NCBI GenBank assembly: GCA_964519805.1
Contig: CAZFKN010000004.1
Location: forward strand, 1-63,090
Source: an uncultured Gemmatimonadaceae bacterium
GTDB lineage: Bacteria; Gemmatimonadota; Gemmatimonadetes; Gemmatimonadales; GWC2-71-9
DNA: 63,090 nucleotides
Direction of reading: 5' to 3'
Below, in pieces: positions 52,037-60,579 of this stretch. Every line of letters starts with the position of its first letter. The stretch's first letter is position 1. The notes below the pieces were generated by a model that saw nothing but the letters and a program-made list of their open reading frames with translations, was not told the DNA's origin and ran no database searches. The position numbers and the translations under genes are program-made.

Positions 52037-52137
52037 TATAACAGGGCGTCGTCGGGTTCTTGCAAGGCCCGACTGGGTGAAGGCACCCAACCCGATCGGG
52101 CCACTTGGCCCCAATCACTCACCAAGCGGAGGTTCAG

Positions 52138-52212
52138 ATGCGTTGGACCAAGCCCGAAGCCGAAGTCGTCGCCGTCACGATGGAAGTCACCGCGTACGTC
52201 GCGACCCTCTAA
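52138..52212 (+). CDS. pqqA: Coenzyme PQQ precursor peptide PqqA (24 aa, not in ORF track)
   Basis: The translation is MRWTKPEAEVVAVTMEVTAYVATL. The W-x-K-P N-terminus and the E-x3-Y (EVTAY) cross-link motif are present. GGAGG lies 5 nt upstream, and the gene sits directly upstream of pqqBCDE. Confidence 0.8.
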   Translation: MRWTKPEAEVVAVTMEVTAYVATL

Positions 52213-52233
52213 GACTGCGGCATCAGGACTGCG

Positions 52234-52266
52234 GGGGCTCGCGCAAGCGAGCCCCTTAGCTTTTTA
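52234..52266 (+). terminator. Hairpin plus T-rich tail between pqqA and pqqB (attenuating terminator)
   Basis: GGGGCTCGC-gcaa-GCGAGCCCC forms a 9-bp stem and is followed by TTAGCTTTTTA. Confidence 0.55.
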
Positions 52267-52288
52267 GGCCCGAGGTCGCGACCCGAAG

Positions 52289-53200
52289 ATGCAGATCATC
52301 CTTCTTGGTACGGCCGCCGGCGGCGGCTTCCCCCAATGGAATTGCTGGTGTCCGAGCTGCCGCGTAGCCCGGCATGAGCCCGGGCGCGCGCTCGCCCGTA
52401 CCCAGTCTTCCGCGGCCGTGACCGCGGACGGGAAACGGTGGTTCCTGCTCAACGCTTCGCCGGACGTGCGCGAGCAACTCGCCCGGCTGCCGGTCGAGCC
52501 GCCGAATGGGCCACGCCATGTCCCGGTGGCCGGCGTGGTCGCGACCGATGCCGAGCTGGACCACACGCTCGGTATCGTGCTCCTGCGCGAGGGGCGCCGC
52601 CTTCAGCTTTATCTGACCTGCGCGGTGCGACAGGTGCTCGAGCGCGATTCCAGCATTCTCCCGGTCACCCGCGCCTTTGCGGAGGTCGAGGTGGTCGAGT
52701 TGCCGCCCCAGGGCGGGCCGGTCTCCCTGACCTACCCGGATGGCGCCGCGAGCGGGCTCTCGGTCGAGACCTTCCCGGTGCCCGCCGGTCCTCCCAGGTT
52801 CGCGAGCGAGGAGGTTGCCGGCCACACGGTGGGGCTCGTGCTGCGTGACCAGGCGACGGGCGGGTCGTGCGCGTTCGTGCCCGGGTGCGGCGGGCTCGAC
52901 GACGGTCTGCTGGCTCGACTCGACGCGGTCGATCTTGCCCTGTTCGACGGCACGTTCTGGACCGACGATGAGCTGATCCGGCTTGGCATCGGCGACCGCA
53001 CGGCGCGCCAGATGGATCACCTGCCTGTCTCGGGACCGGGCGGCAGTCTGGAGCAGCTGGCCGCCCTGCGGACGCCCCGCCGGGTGTACACCCACATCAA
53101 CAACACCAATCCGATGCTCGTCGAGGATTCGCCCGAGCGGGCGCTGGTCGTGGGACGCGGGCTCGTGGTCGGCATGGACGGGATGCGGTTCGACGTATGA
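52289..53200 (+). CDS. pqqB: PQQ biosynthesis protein B (metallo-beta-lactamase fold)
   Basis: MQIILLGTAAGGGFPQWNCWCPSC is the typical PqqB N-terminus. 303 aa. Confidence 0.9.
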   Translation: MQIILLGTAAGGGFPQWNCWCPSCRVARHEPGRALARTQSSAAVTADGKRWFLLNASPDVREQLARLPVEPPNGPRHVPVAGVVATDAELDHTLGIVLLREGRRLQLYLTCAVRQVLERDSSILPVTRAFAEVEVVELPPQGGPVSLTYPDGAASGLSVETFPVPAGPPRFASEEVAGHTVGLVLRDQATGGSCAFVPGCGGLDDGLLARLDAVDLALFDGTFWTDDELIRLGIGDRTARQMDHLPVSGPGGSLEQLAALRTPRRVYTHINNTNPMLVEDSPERALVVGRGLVVGMDGMRFDV

Positions 53201-53964
53201 ACGGAGCAACGATGACGACAGTGACCTTCCAGGCCTCCCAACTCGCGACTCCGCCCCAAGCACCGTTCCCGTCGCTCGACCGGCCACTCGCGCCCGACGA
53301 GTTGGAGCAGGCCCTTCGTAACTTCCAAGGCTCGTACTACGTGGAGCACCCGTTTCACAAGCTGATGTACGAGGGGAAGCTGACCCAGCGTCAATTTCAG
53401 GGCTGGGTGGCGAACCGCCTCGCCTATCAGCGGGTGGTTCCGCGGAAGGACGCCGCCATCCTGTCGAACTGCCCGGACCCCGATGTGCGCCGGGAGTGGA
53501 TCCAGCGCATCATCGACCACGACGGCACGGCGCCCGGCACCGGCGGCATCGAGCTGTGGATCCGCCTCGGCATAGCCCTCGGGGTGCCGCGCGAGGAGAT
53601 GGAGGACGAGCGCCATGTCCTGCCGGCCGTGCGGCTCATCTGCGAATCGTACGTCACGTTCTGCCGCACCAAGCCGTGGGTGCAGGCGTGCGCGTCGTCC
53701 CTCACCGAGCTGTTCGCCCCCAAGATCCACCAGCAACGGATCGAGGCGTTTCCCAGGCACTACCCCTGGATTCCACCGGAGGGGCTCGACTACTTCAGGA
53801 GCCGTCTGGTGCAGGCCCCCCGCGACGTCACCCATGGGCTTGCCATCGTCAAGCGACACTGTACCACGGTCGACACCCAGCGCGCGGCGTTCGAGGCCCT
53901 CGCCTTCAAGCTGGACATGCTCTGGGCGATGATCGACACCATCCACCATGCCTACCTCGACTGA
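53197..53964 (+). CDS. pqqC: Pyrroloquinoline-quinone synthase
   Basis: The YYVEHPFHKLMYEGKLT...RREWIQRIIDHDG pattern is typical of PqqC. An ATGA overlap joins it to pqqB. Confidence 0.9.
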   Translation: MNGATMTTVTFQASQLATPPQAPFPSLDRPLAPDELEQALRNFQGSYYVEHPFHKLMYEGKLTQRQFQGWVANRLAYQRVVPRKDAAILSNCPDPDVRREWIQRIIDHDGTAPGTGGIELWIRLGIALGVPREEMEDERHVLPAVRLICESYVTFCRTKPWVQACASSLTELFAPKIHQQRIEAFPRHYPWIPPEGLDYFRSRLVQAPRDVTHGLAIVKRHCTTVDTQRAAFEALAFKLDMLWAMIDTIHHAYLD

Positions 53965-54235
53965 GCGCGGCGTGCCTCTGAGTCCCGACTCCGTCCCCCG
54001 CCTCTGGCGGCTTGCGCGGCTCGACTACGACCCGGTCCGGCAACGGCGCATCCTCCTCTATCCTGAAGGCGCGGTGCTGCTGAACGACACGGGAGCCGCC
54101 GTGCTCGAGCTGGTGGACGGCAAGCGGACCATAACCGAGATCGCCCGGGTTCTGGGCGAGCGTTACGAGACCGACGTAACCGCCGATGTGACCGAGTATC
54201 TGTCGGGCTTGGCGGAGAGAGAGCTGATCCAATGA
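53948..54235 (+). CDS. pqqD: PQQ biosynthesis peptide chaperone PqqD
   Basis: 95 aa. The pattern LYPEGAVLLNDTGAAVLELVDGKRTITEI is PqqD-like. The gene lies between pqqC and pqqE. Confidence 0.85.
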   Translation: MPTSTERGVPLSPDSVPRLWRLARLDYDPVRQRRILLYPEGAVLLNDTGAAVLELVDGKRTITEIARVLGERYETDVTADVTEYLSGLAERELIQ

Positions 54236-55323
54236 CGTCCGACCGTCCCACCACGCTGCTGGCCGAGCTGACCCATCGGTGTCCGCTCCATTGTCCGTAT
54301 TGCTCGAACCCGCTCGAGCTGATCCGCGCGGATGCCGAGCTTTCCACCGACGACTGGAAGCGGGTCTTCACCCAGGCTCGTCAGCTGGGCGTGCTCCAGC
54401 TCGGCCTTTCCGGAGGCGAGCCGCTCGTGCGGAAGGACCTCGAGGAGCTGGCGGCCCACGCGCGCGGCATCGGGCTGTACAGTACCCTGGTGACCTCCGG
54501 GCTCGGCCTGACACGGAAGCGCGCCGAAGCACTGCGCGAGGCCGGGCTCGAGCACATACAGGTCTCCATTCAGGATTCCGACACCGAATCGGCCGAGCGA
54601 ATCGCCGGGGTGAGCTCGGTGAAGCAGAAGCGCGCCGCCATCGCCCTGGTGAAAGAGCTGGGCTTCGCGTTCTCGATCAACGTTGTGCTCCATCGGGCGA
54701 ATCTCGACCGGATCGGTGAGCTGATCGACCTGGCCGGCAGCCTGGGCGCCGACCGCCTGGAGTTGGCCAACACGCAGTACTACGGCTGGGGGCTCAAGAA
54801 CCGGGCGGCGCTGATGCCGACGCGGGAGCAGGTGTACAAGGCCAGGGAGATCGCGGAGGCGGCGATCGACCGGTACCGGAAGAAGATGCAGATCCTCTTC
54901 GTGCTGCCCGACTACCACGAGCAGTACCCCAAGGCCTGCTACGGTGGGTGGGGCAAGCTCTATATCGTGGTCGCGCCCAACGGGCAGGCGCTGCCGTGTC
55001 ATGCGGCGAGCAGCATCACGTCGCTCTCGTTCCCGACGGTCCGGGAGCACTCGCTCGAGTGGATCTGGCAAGAGTCGCCGGGGTTCCAGGCGTTCCGCGG
55101 GGACGGATGGATGAAGGAGCCCTGCCGCACCTGCCCCCGCAAGGCGGTGGATTTCGGTGGCTGCCGCTGCCAGGCCTTCGCGCTCACAGGCGACGCGGCC
55201 AATCCTGATCCCGTCTGCACGCTCACTCCGTTCCGCGGGATCATCGACGAGGCGCTGGCGGAGCCGACGGGCACGGTCGGCTACGAGTATCGCGTGCTCA
55301 CGGGAGAGCCCCAGCGCGCGTGA
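54232..55323 (+). CDS. pqqE: PqqA peptide cyclase (radical SAM/SPASM)
   Basis: The CxxxCxxC motif is in LTHRCPLHCPYCSNP. The C-terminal SPASM cysteines are CRTCPRKAVDFGGCRCQA. 363 aa. Confidence 0.9.
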   Translation: MTSDRPTTLLAELTHRCPLHCPYCSNPLELIRADAELSTDDWKRVFTQARQLGVLQLGLSGGEPLVRKDLEELAAHARGIGLYSTLVTSGLGLTRKRAEALREAGLEHIQVSIQDSDTESAERIAGVSSVKQKRAAIALVKELGFAFSINVVLHRANLDRIGELIDLAGSLGADRLELANTQYYGWGLKNRAALMPTREQVYKAREIAEAAIDRYRKKMQILFVLPDYHEQYPKACYGGWGKLYIVVAPNGQALPCHAASSITSLSFPTVREHSLEWIWQESPGFQAFRGDGWMKEPCRTCPRKAVDFGGCRCQAFALTGDAANPDPVCTLTPFRGIIDEALAEPTGTVGYEYRVLTGEPQRA

Positions 55324-56273
55324 GCCCGGCCCGCGGTGCGGCCGCACCGGGCCGGGTGCCCCTGGCGATTCAGGCCGAGGGCCTCGGCCGGGACTATGGC
55401 ACGACCCGGGCGCTCGACGCGCTCGACCTCCGGGTGCCGGCCGGATCGCTCGTCGGGCTGGTCGGCCCGAACGGTGCGGGCAAGACGACGACAATGCTGC
55501 TCCTCGCCACCCTGCTCGCGCCGAGCCGGGGCTCGGCCCGCGTCTTCGAGCGCGACGTGACCCGCGACCGGGCGGGGGTCCGCCGGCTCCTCGGGCTCGT
55601 TTTTCAGGAGCCCAGCATCGACGGGCTTCTCACGGTCGAGGAGAATCTTCTGTTCGCCGGGCGGCTGGCCGGCATCGGCGGCGAGGCGGTACGGACGGCG
55701 GTGCAGCAGGCGATAGCCCGAACCGGACTCGCCGCTCGGGCAGCGCAGCCGGCGCGGCAACTCTCCGGTGGCTGGCGACGCCTCGCCGACATCGCCCGAG
55801 CGACTCTGCATCGACCCGACCTCCTCATCCTCGACGAGCCGACGGTCGGGCTCGACCCCGAGCACCGCGATCGCATGTGGAGCCTGCTCGATGTCGAGCG
55901 GCGCGAGCGCGGCGCGACGATCCTCTTTTCCACCCACTACCTGTCAGAGGCCGAGCCGGCGGATCGCGTCGTGATGCTCGCACGCGGGTCCATGGTCGCC
56001 GATGCGCCGCCGGCCGTGCTGCGCGCCGAGCTCGGCGATCAGGTAGCCGAGATCGATGGACCGGGCGCGGACGCCCTCGTAGCCGACCTGCGGGGCGCGG
56101 GACTCGTGGTGATGGCCCACCGATCGGAACGGGGCTGGCGCGTGGGACTCACAGGCTCGCGGGAGCACGTGACCGAGCTTGCGGCGGCGGCTCCGGGAAT
56201 CGCGCGCCTCGTGATCCGGCCGCCGACGCTTGAAGACGTCTATTTCGGGCGCACCCAGGCACCAGCGGCATGA
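55320..56273 (+). CDS. ABC transporter ATP-binding protein (DrrA/ABC-2 type)
   Basis: The GTG start overlaps the pqqE stop (GTGA). Walker A is GPNGAGKTT, the signature is LSGGWRR and Walker B is LLILDEP. Confidence 0.85.
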   Translation: MSPARGAAAPGRVPLAIQAEGLGRDYGTTRALDALDLRVPAGSLVGLVGPNGAGKTTTMLLLATLLAPSRGSARVFERDVTRDRAGVRRLLGLVFQEPSIDGLLTVEENLLFAGRLAGIGGEAVRTAVQQAIARTGLAARAAQPARQLSGGWRRLADIARATLHRPDLLILDEPTVGLDPEHRDRMWSLLDVERRERGATILFSTHYLSEAEPADRVVMLARGSMVADAPPAVLRAELGDQVAEIDGPGADALVADLRGAGLVVMAHRSERGWRVGLTGSREHVTELAAAAPGIARLVIRPPTLEDVYFGRTQAPAA

Positions 56274-57046
56274 ACAAGGCCGCGACCGTCCGGGGCATCG
56301 TCGTGCGGGACCTGATCCGGACCACGCGACAGCGGAGTCGCCTGGTGGCGGGCGTCGCCCGGCCTTTCATTTGGGTCTTCCTGATCGGCGCGGGCTTCAA
56401 CTCGATCGCCCGAATCGAGGGCGGGCTCAGCTATCAGGCGTTCGCGTATCCAGGCGGGATCGTCATGGCGGCCCTGTTCGGGGGGATGCTCACGGCGATC
56501 TCGACGGTATACGACCGCGAGTTCGGGATGCTGCGGCTCATGCTCGCGAGCCCGTCGGGAGTGCTCGCGGTGCTGACCGGCCGGGCGCTGTCGGCCACGA
56601 TCATCGGAGGAGTGCAGGGCGGCATCGTGCTGGCCTGCGCCTCCCTGGCTGTGCGACTCACGCTGCCGCAGTATGCCCTCTCCGCTGGCGGCCTCGCGCT
56701 GATCGCGTTCACGAGTGGGACCCTCGGGCTCCTGGTCGCCGCGCGTCTTACGTCGGTGGAGAACTTCGGCGGCGTCATCAACATCGTCCTGTTTCCGCTG
56801 CTGTTCGTAAGCGGGGCGCTCTATCCAACCGCCGGCATGCCCGCGCCCCTGCGGACGCTGGCCCGCGTGAACCCGGTGACCTACATGGTGGATCTGATCC
56901 GCCACACGTTCGGGCAGCCGGCCGAATTCGCGCTGTCGCTCGACGTGGGTGCCCTGGTGATCACCGCCGTGGTGGCGTTCGGAGTGACGATGGCGGTGTT
57001 CGATCCGGAGCAGCGGTTTGTCGGAAAGGGAGGTAACAGCCATTAG
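56270..57046 (+). CDS. ABC-2 type transporter permease
   Basis: 258 aa with 6 TM segments and an ABC2_membrane-like pattern. An ATGA overlap joins it to the ATPase gene. Confidence 0.8.
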   Translation: MNKAATVRGIVVRDLIRTTRQRSRLVAGVARPFIWVFLIGAGFNSIARIEGGLSYQAFAYPGGIVMAALFGGMLTAISTVYDREFGMLRLMLASPSGVLAVLTGRALSATIIGGVQGGIVLACASLAVRLTLPQYALSAGGLALIAFTSGTLGLLVAARLTSVENFGGVINIVLFPLLFVSGALYPTAGMPAPLRTLARVNPVTYMVDLIRHTFGQPAEFALSLDVGALVITAVVAFGVTMAVFDPEQRFVGKGGNSH

Positions 57047-57086
57047 CCGTTAGCTGTTGGTTCGAATCGGTCAACGCCTAACAGCC
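57038..57086. repeat. Mirrored heptamer arrays (AGCCATT family) forming an imperfect hairpin at the ABC-2 permease/hypothetical junction
   Basis: Plus strand reads AGCCATT AGCCGTT AGCTGTT. After a 14-nt centre, the reverse complement of 57073-57086 reads GGCTGTT AGGCGTT. Both TAG stops (57044-57046 and 57078-57080) lie inside units. Confidence 0.65.
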
Positions 57087-57893
57087 CCGCTCCTCCCGCT
57101 CCAGTTGGTCCCTTTGCTCGATCCTTGCCTGAACCGGGCGCCCGACCCGCGCTTCCGCCGGGACATACGTCTCCACGGTGATCCGACGGTCTCGGCGGAG
57201 CAGTCCTTCGCGCAGACCCCACGCAAACGTCCCGTCTTCCCGCACCGACTGCCGCAGCCTGAGCGGGAGACTGTCACCGCGGAGCTTCGCTTCGGCCACG
57301 TCCCGTCGGATCGTCAGGCGGAACCGATAGACTGGGCCGGCACCGGCGCTGTCCGCCAGCCTGCGGATCTCGAGACCGGTACCGTCGGCCCAGGTTTCCC
57401 CGACGGCCGGCAGGCGCGGGGGCAGGCGCGGCAGCAGATCGTCGAGGGACCGGGCAAGATCGGCGACTTCGAGGAGCGGATCGGGCACGAACGGCCGGGC
57501 CTCCGCCCGGTAGCGGCCGTCGCTGCTCAGGAGCCCGCGAAAGCGGCCGCCGATGATGGGATCGGTGTCGGGGTTCAGGCTGTCCTGCTCCGAGTGCCGC
57601 CATACCGCGAGACTGTCGAACCAACCCTCCAGATGGACTGAGTCTCCGTCGGCGGGCGCGGCGCGAAAGCGCCATTCGCCGTCGAGCCCGACGGCTTCGC
57701 GCCGAGCCCGCCCAGCGACATAGGTCGCGACCTCACTCCGGCGGGTCTCGTTGAACGCGGCGCAGTCCAGCTGTGCCGCGATGTATCGGACGGCCTCGGG
57801 ATTCCGTGGGACTCCGCGGCGCGGGGCCACGCCGCCGCTGACGACGAGCGCGGACATGAGCGCCAGGGCCGTGCTTCGTGGACCCTGGGTCAC
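57078..57893 (-). CDS. Hypothetical secreted protein
   Basis: The signal-like N-terminus is MTQGPRSTALALMSALVVSGG. The composition is coherent and I recognise no family. Confidence 0.45.
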   Translation of the reverse strand: MTQGPRSTALALMSALVVSGGVAPRRGVPRNPEAVRYIAAQLDCAAFNETRRSEVATYVAGRARREAVGLDGEWRFRAAPADGDSVHLEGWFDSLAVWRHSEQDSLNPDTDPIIGGRFRGLLSSDGRYRAEARPFVPDPLLEVADLARSLDDLLPRLPPRLPAVGETWADGTGLEIRRLADSAGAGPVYRFRLTIRRDVAEAKLRGDSLPLRLRQSVREDGTFAWGLREGLLRRDRRITVETYVPAEARVGRPVQARIEQRDQLEREERGC

Positions 57894-57930
57894 GGCCCTG
57901 TCTGGTTAGGCGGTAGGCGTGACCCGGCCG

Positions 57931-59556
57931 TCAGGGCTCCTGCATGAAGGGGTAGCGCCAGTCTGTGGCCGGCACGAACGTCTCTTTGACCGTGCGGGGC
58001 GACACCCAACGGACCAGGTTGAGGATCGAGCCGGCCTTGTCGTTCGTGCCGCTCGCCCTCGCGCCACCGAACGGCTGCTGCCCCACGACTGCGCCGGTGG
58101 GCTTGTCGTTCACGTAATAGTTGCCCGCAGCGTTCCGCAGGGCACGGTCGGCCTCGGCGATGGCACCCCGGTCCTGAGCGAATACCGCGCCGGTAAGGGC
58201 GTAGGGGCTCGTCCGGTCGACAAGATCCAGTGTCTCGGTCCAACGCGCCTCCGGGTACACGTGGACCGTGAGCACGGGACCGAAGATCTCCTCGCACATG
58301 AGTCGGTAACCGGGGTCGGCCACCTGAAGCAGCGTGGGCTGGATGAACCAGCCGACCGAGCCGTCCGCACCGCCGCCCGCCAGCACGATGACCCCCGGAT
58401 CCCGCTTGGCGCGTTCGAGGTGCCCGCTGATGCGCTCGAAGGCCCGCCGGTCGATGACGGCCCCCATGAAGTTCCGGAAATCCCCGACGTCGCCCATGCG
58501 GATCTCGCCGATCATCCCCACGACCCGGTCTCGCACGGCGGGCCAGAGGTTGTCGGGGACGTATGCCCGCGACGCCGCACTGCACTTCTGCCCCTGATAC
58601 TCGTACGCCCCGCGGACGAGCGCCACGGCCAAAGCGTCCACATCCGCGCTCGCGTGCGCGACCACGAAATCCTTCCCGCCCGTTTCGCCGACGATCCGGG
58701 GGTACCCGACGTAACGCTCGAGGTTCTGCGCTACACGCTGTTGCAGCATCCGGAAGACTGGCGTGGAGCCGGTGAAGTGGATGCCTGCCAGCATCCGGTG
58801 CCCCAGCAGCACCTCGCTCACCTGCGCCGAATCGCCCGAAACGAAGTTGATCACGCCCGGGGGCAACCCGGCCTCCTCCAGCAGCCGGAAGAAATGCCAG
58901 TTGCTCAGCGCCGCGGTGTGCGAGGGCTTCCACACGACCACGTTCCCCAGAAGCGCGGGAGCGGTCGGCAGGTTGCCGCCGATCGCCGTGAAGTTGAACG
59001 GCGTGATCGCGTAGACAAATCCCTCGAGCGGCCGGTGATCGAGTCGATTCCACACGCCCGCTGACGACTCCGGCTGTTCCCGGTAGAGGCGCTCGGCGAA
59101 GTGGACGTTGAACCTGAGGAAGTCGATCAGCTCGCAGGCGCTGTCGATCTCCGCCTGGTGGGCCGTCTTGCTCTGACCGAGCATGGTCGCTGCGTTGAGC
59201 AACGGACGGTAGCGCGCCGACAGGAGATCCGCGGCCTTGAGGAAGACGGCCGCGCGGTCCTCGAATCGCCAGTGGGACCATTCTCGCCGGGCGTCGAGCG
59301 CGGCCTCGACCGCGCGCTCGACGAGCTCCGGCGTCGCCTGGTGCAGGTCGCCCAGGATCCGGGCATGGCAATGCGGCGCGGTGACCGGTTCGGTCCGGCC
59401 CCGGTGCGCGCGGCCGCCAATGACGACGGGGATGTCCGCCCGTTCGGCGCCGACCGCCCCGAGGGCGGCCTTGAGTGCCGCCCGCTCGGCGGTGCCGGGC
59501 GCATAGGAGAGCACCGGCTCGTTTCGGGGCACCGGGATGTTCGACGTGCTGCTCAT
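57931..59556 (-). CDS. pruA: L-glutamate gamma-semialdehyde (1-pyrroline-5-carboxylate) dehydrogenase
   Basis: 541 aa in the aldehyde dehydrogenase family. The motifs are ETGGKDF and GQKCSAASR (catalytic Cys). The N-terminus and length are typical of PruA/RocA. Confidence 0.85.
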   Translation of the reverse strand: MSSTSNIPVPRNEPVLSYAPGTAERAALKAALGAVGAERADIPVVIGGRAHRGRTEPVTAPHCHARILGDLHQATPELVERAVEAALDARREWSHWRFEDRAAVFLKAADLLSARYRPLLNAATMLGQSKTAHQAEIDSACELIDFLRFNVHFAERLYREQPESSAGVWNRLDHRPLEGFVYAITPFNFTAIGGNLPTAPALLGNVVVWKPSHTAALSNWHFFRLLEEAGLPPGVINFVSGDSAQVSEVLLGHRMLAGIHFTGSTPVFRMLQQRVAQNLERYVGYPRIVGETGGKDFVVAHASADVDALAVALVRGAYEYQGQKCSAASRAYVPDNLWPAVRDRVVGMIGEIRMGDVGDFRNFMGAVIDRRAFERISGHLERAKRDPGVIVLAGGGADGSVGWFIQPTLLQVADPGYRLMCEEIFGPVLTVHVYPEARWTETLDLVDRTSPYALTGAVFAQDRGAIAEADRALRNAAGNYYVNDKPTGAVVGQQPFGGARASGTNDKAGSILNLVRWVSPRTVKETFVPATDWRYPFMQEP

Positions 59557-59613
59557 CGGGCGACGACCTGCGGCAGTGGGGACTACAAAGCTAATTGCCC
59601 CCGCCGGTGAAGC

Positions 59614-60579
59614 TCAAAAGCGCACCTGAAGCTGCGATATCAGCGAGCCGCGCCGGATGCCCGGCGTCCCGATCTTCCGGGACACGTAGTTCGCGAGGAG
59701 GCGGACGCGATCGCCCGCGAACCAGACGTTGACGCCTCCGGTCGTGGCCACAGTCCGGACGGCGCCGGTGATCGCCGGGCGCTCGAACAGCTCTTGCCGA
59801 GCCACCAGCTGCACCCACGGCAGGACCTTGTAGCCGACGAGACCGTACCATCCCTTGTCGTTCGCTCCGCCGGTGTGCCGGCTCTGCCAGATGTACTCCC
59901 CCCGAGCGGACAGGCCGCGATACCCCAGGTCGGCGTCGACGCCGTAGCGGGTGCTGTCGCCTGCGTACGCGCCGATGTTCGTGCCGAGCGTGAGGAACCC
60001 GGTCGGGCGGACGGCGAGCCGACCGACGATCAGACTGGACGAATCCACGTTCACGATGCGATTCTGGCCCTCGCCGTTGAAAATGCCCAGGGAGGCGGCG
60101 CCGTAGCTTCCGAGCGTGTATTGCGTCATCACGCCGATGTCGCGTTTCGTGGCGATCGAGTCGACGATCGTGGCACGGTCCGCGGTCTCCACGACCGTGA
60201 TCGACATGAGGTACTCAGGGCTGAACGGCGTCTTGAACTGGCCCGCCGTCACGCTGAACGCCTCGCGGGTCCAGCGGATAAACGCGTCACGCAGGCTCAC
60301 ACTGGCCGCGGTCGTCGCGGTCCCGCCGGCTTCGTACTCCACCAGCACCCGATAGCTGAAGCCCGCCGGGAGGCCGCCGTCGGCACTCACGCGCGCCCGG
60401 TTGAGCGTCGCCGTCAGCTTGGTGTCCGAACGATACGTTTCGCGGGCCTGGAGGTAGCCGCCTACGCGGACGGAAAACCGGGCGGCCGAGCTGTCGCGCG
60501 GGGCCTGCGCCGCCAGCGTGAAGCAGGGGAGCGTGAGCGCACCGAGGGTCGCGATCGCGCGCACGAGCGCAGGGGCCAT
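59614..60579 (-). CDS. Outer membrane porin (OprO/OprP-like family)
   Basis: From the ATG at 60579 (MAPALVRAIATLGALTLPCFTLAAQA signal). It shows a beta-barrel alternating pattern and a terminal ...LQVRF. The family assignment is tentative. Confidence 0.5.
   Translation of the reverse strand: MAPALVRAIATLGALTLPCFTLAAQAPRDSSAARFSVRVGGYLQARETYRSDTKLTATLNRARVSADGGLPAGFSYRVLVEYEAGGTATTAASVSLRDAFIRWTREAFSVTAGQFKTPFSPEYLMSITVVETADRATIVDSIATKRDIGVMTQYTLGSYGAASLGIFNGEGQNRIVNVDSSSLIVGRLAVRPTGFLTLGTNIGAYAGDSTRYGVDADLGYRGLSARGEYIWQSRHTGGANDKGWYGLVGYKVLPWVQLVARQELFERPAITGAVRTVATTGGVNVWFAGDRVRLLANYVSRKIGTPGIRRGSLISQLQVRF

Noticed and set aside
52011-52267. ORFs 52011..52259 and 52025..52267 upstream of pqqB
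   Set aside because: They overlap each other and the well-supported 24-codon pqqA in other frames. They lack an RBS and any family resemblance.
57059-57068. GGTTCGAATC, a tRNA T-loop-like decamer
   Set aside because: The flanks cannot form a T-stem, acceptor stem or anticodon arm. The decamer sits in the loop of the heptamer hairpin. I found no tRNA in the window.
57890-59371. 493-aa ORF in an alternative minus-strand frame over pruA, and the plus-strand ORF 57919..59064
   Set aside because: The aldehyde-dehydrogenase frame (57931..59556) carries the catalytic Cys/Glu motifs. The alternatives are Arg/Pro/Gly-rich shadows.
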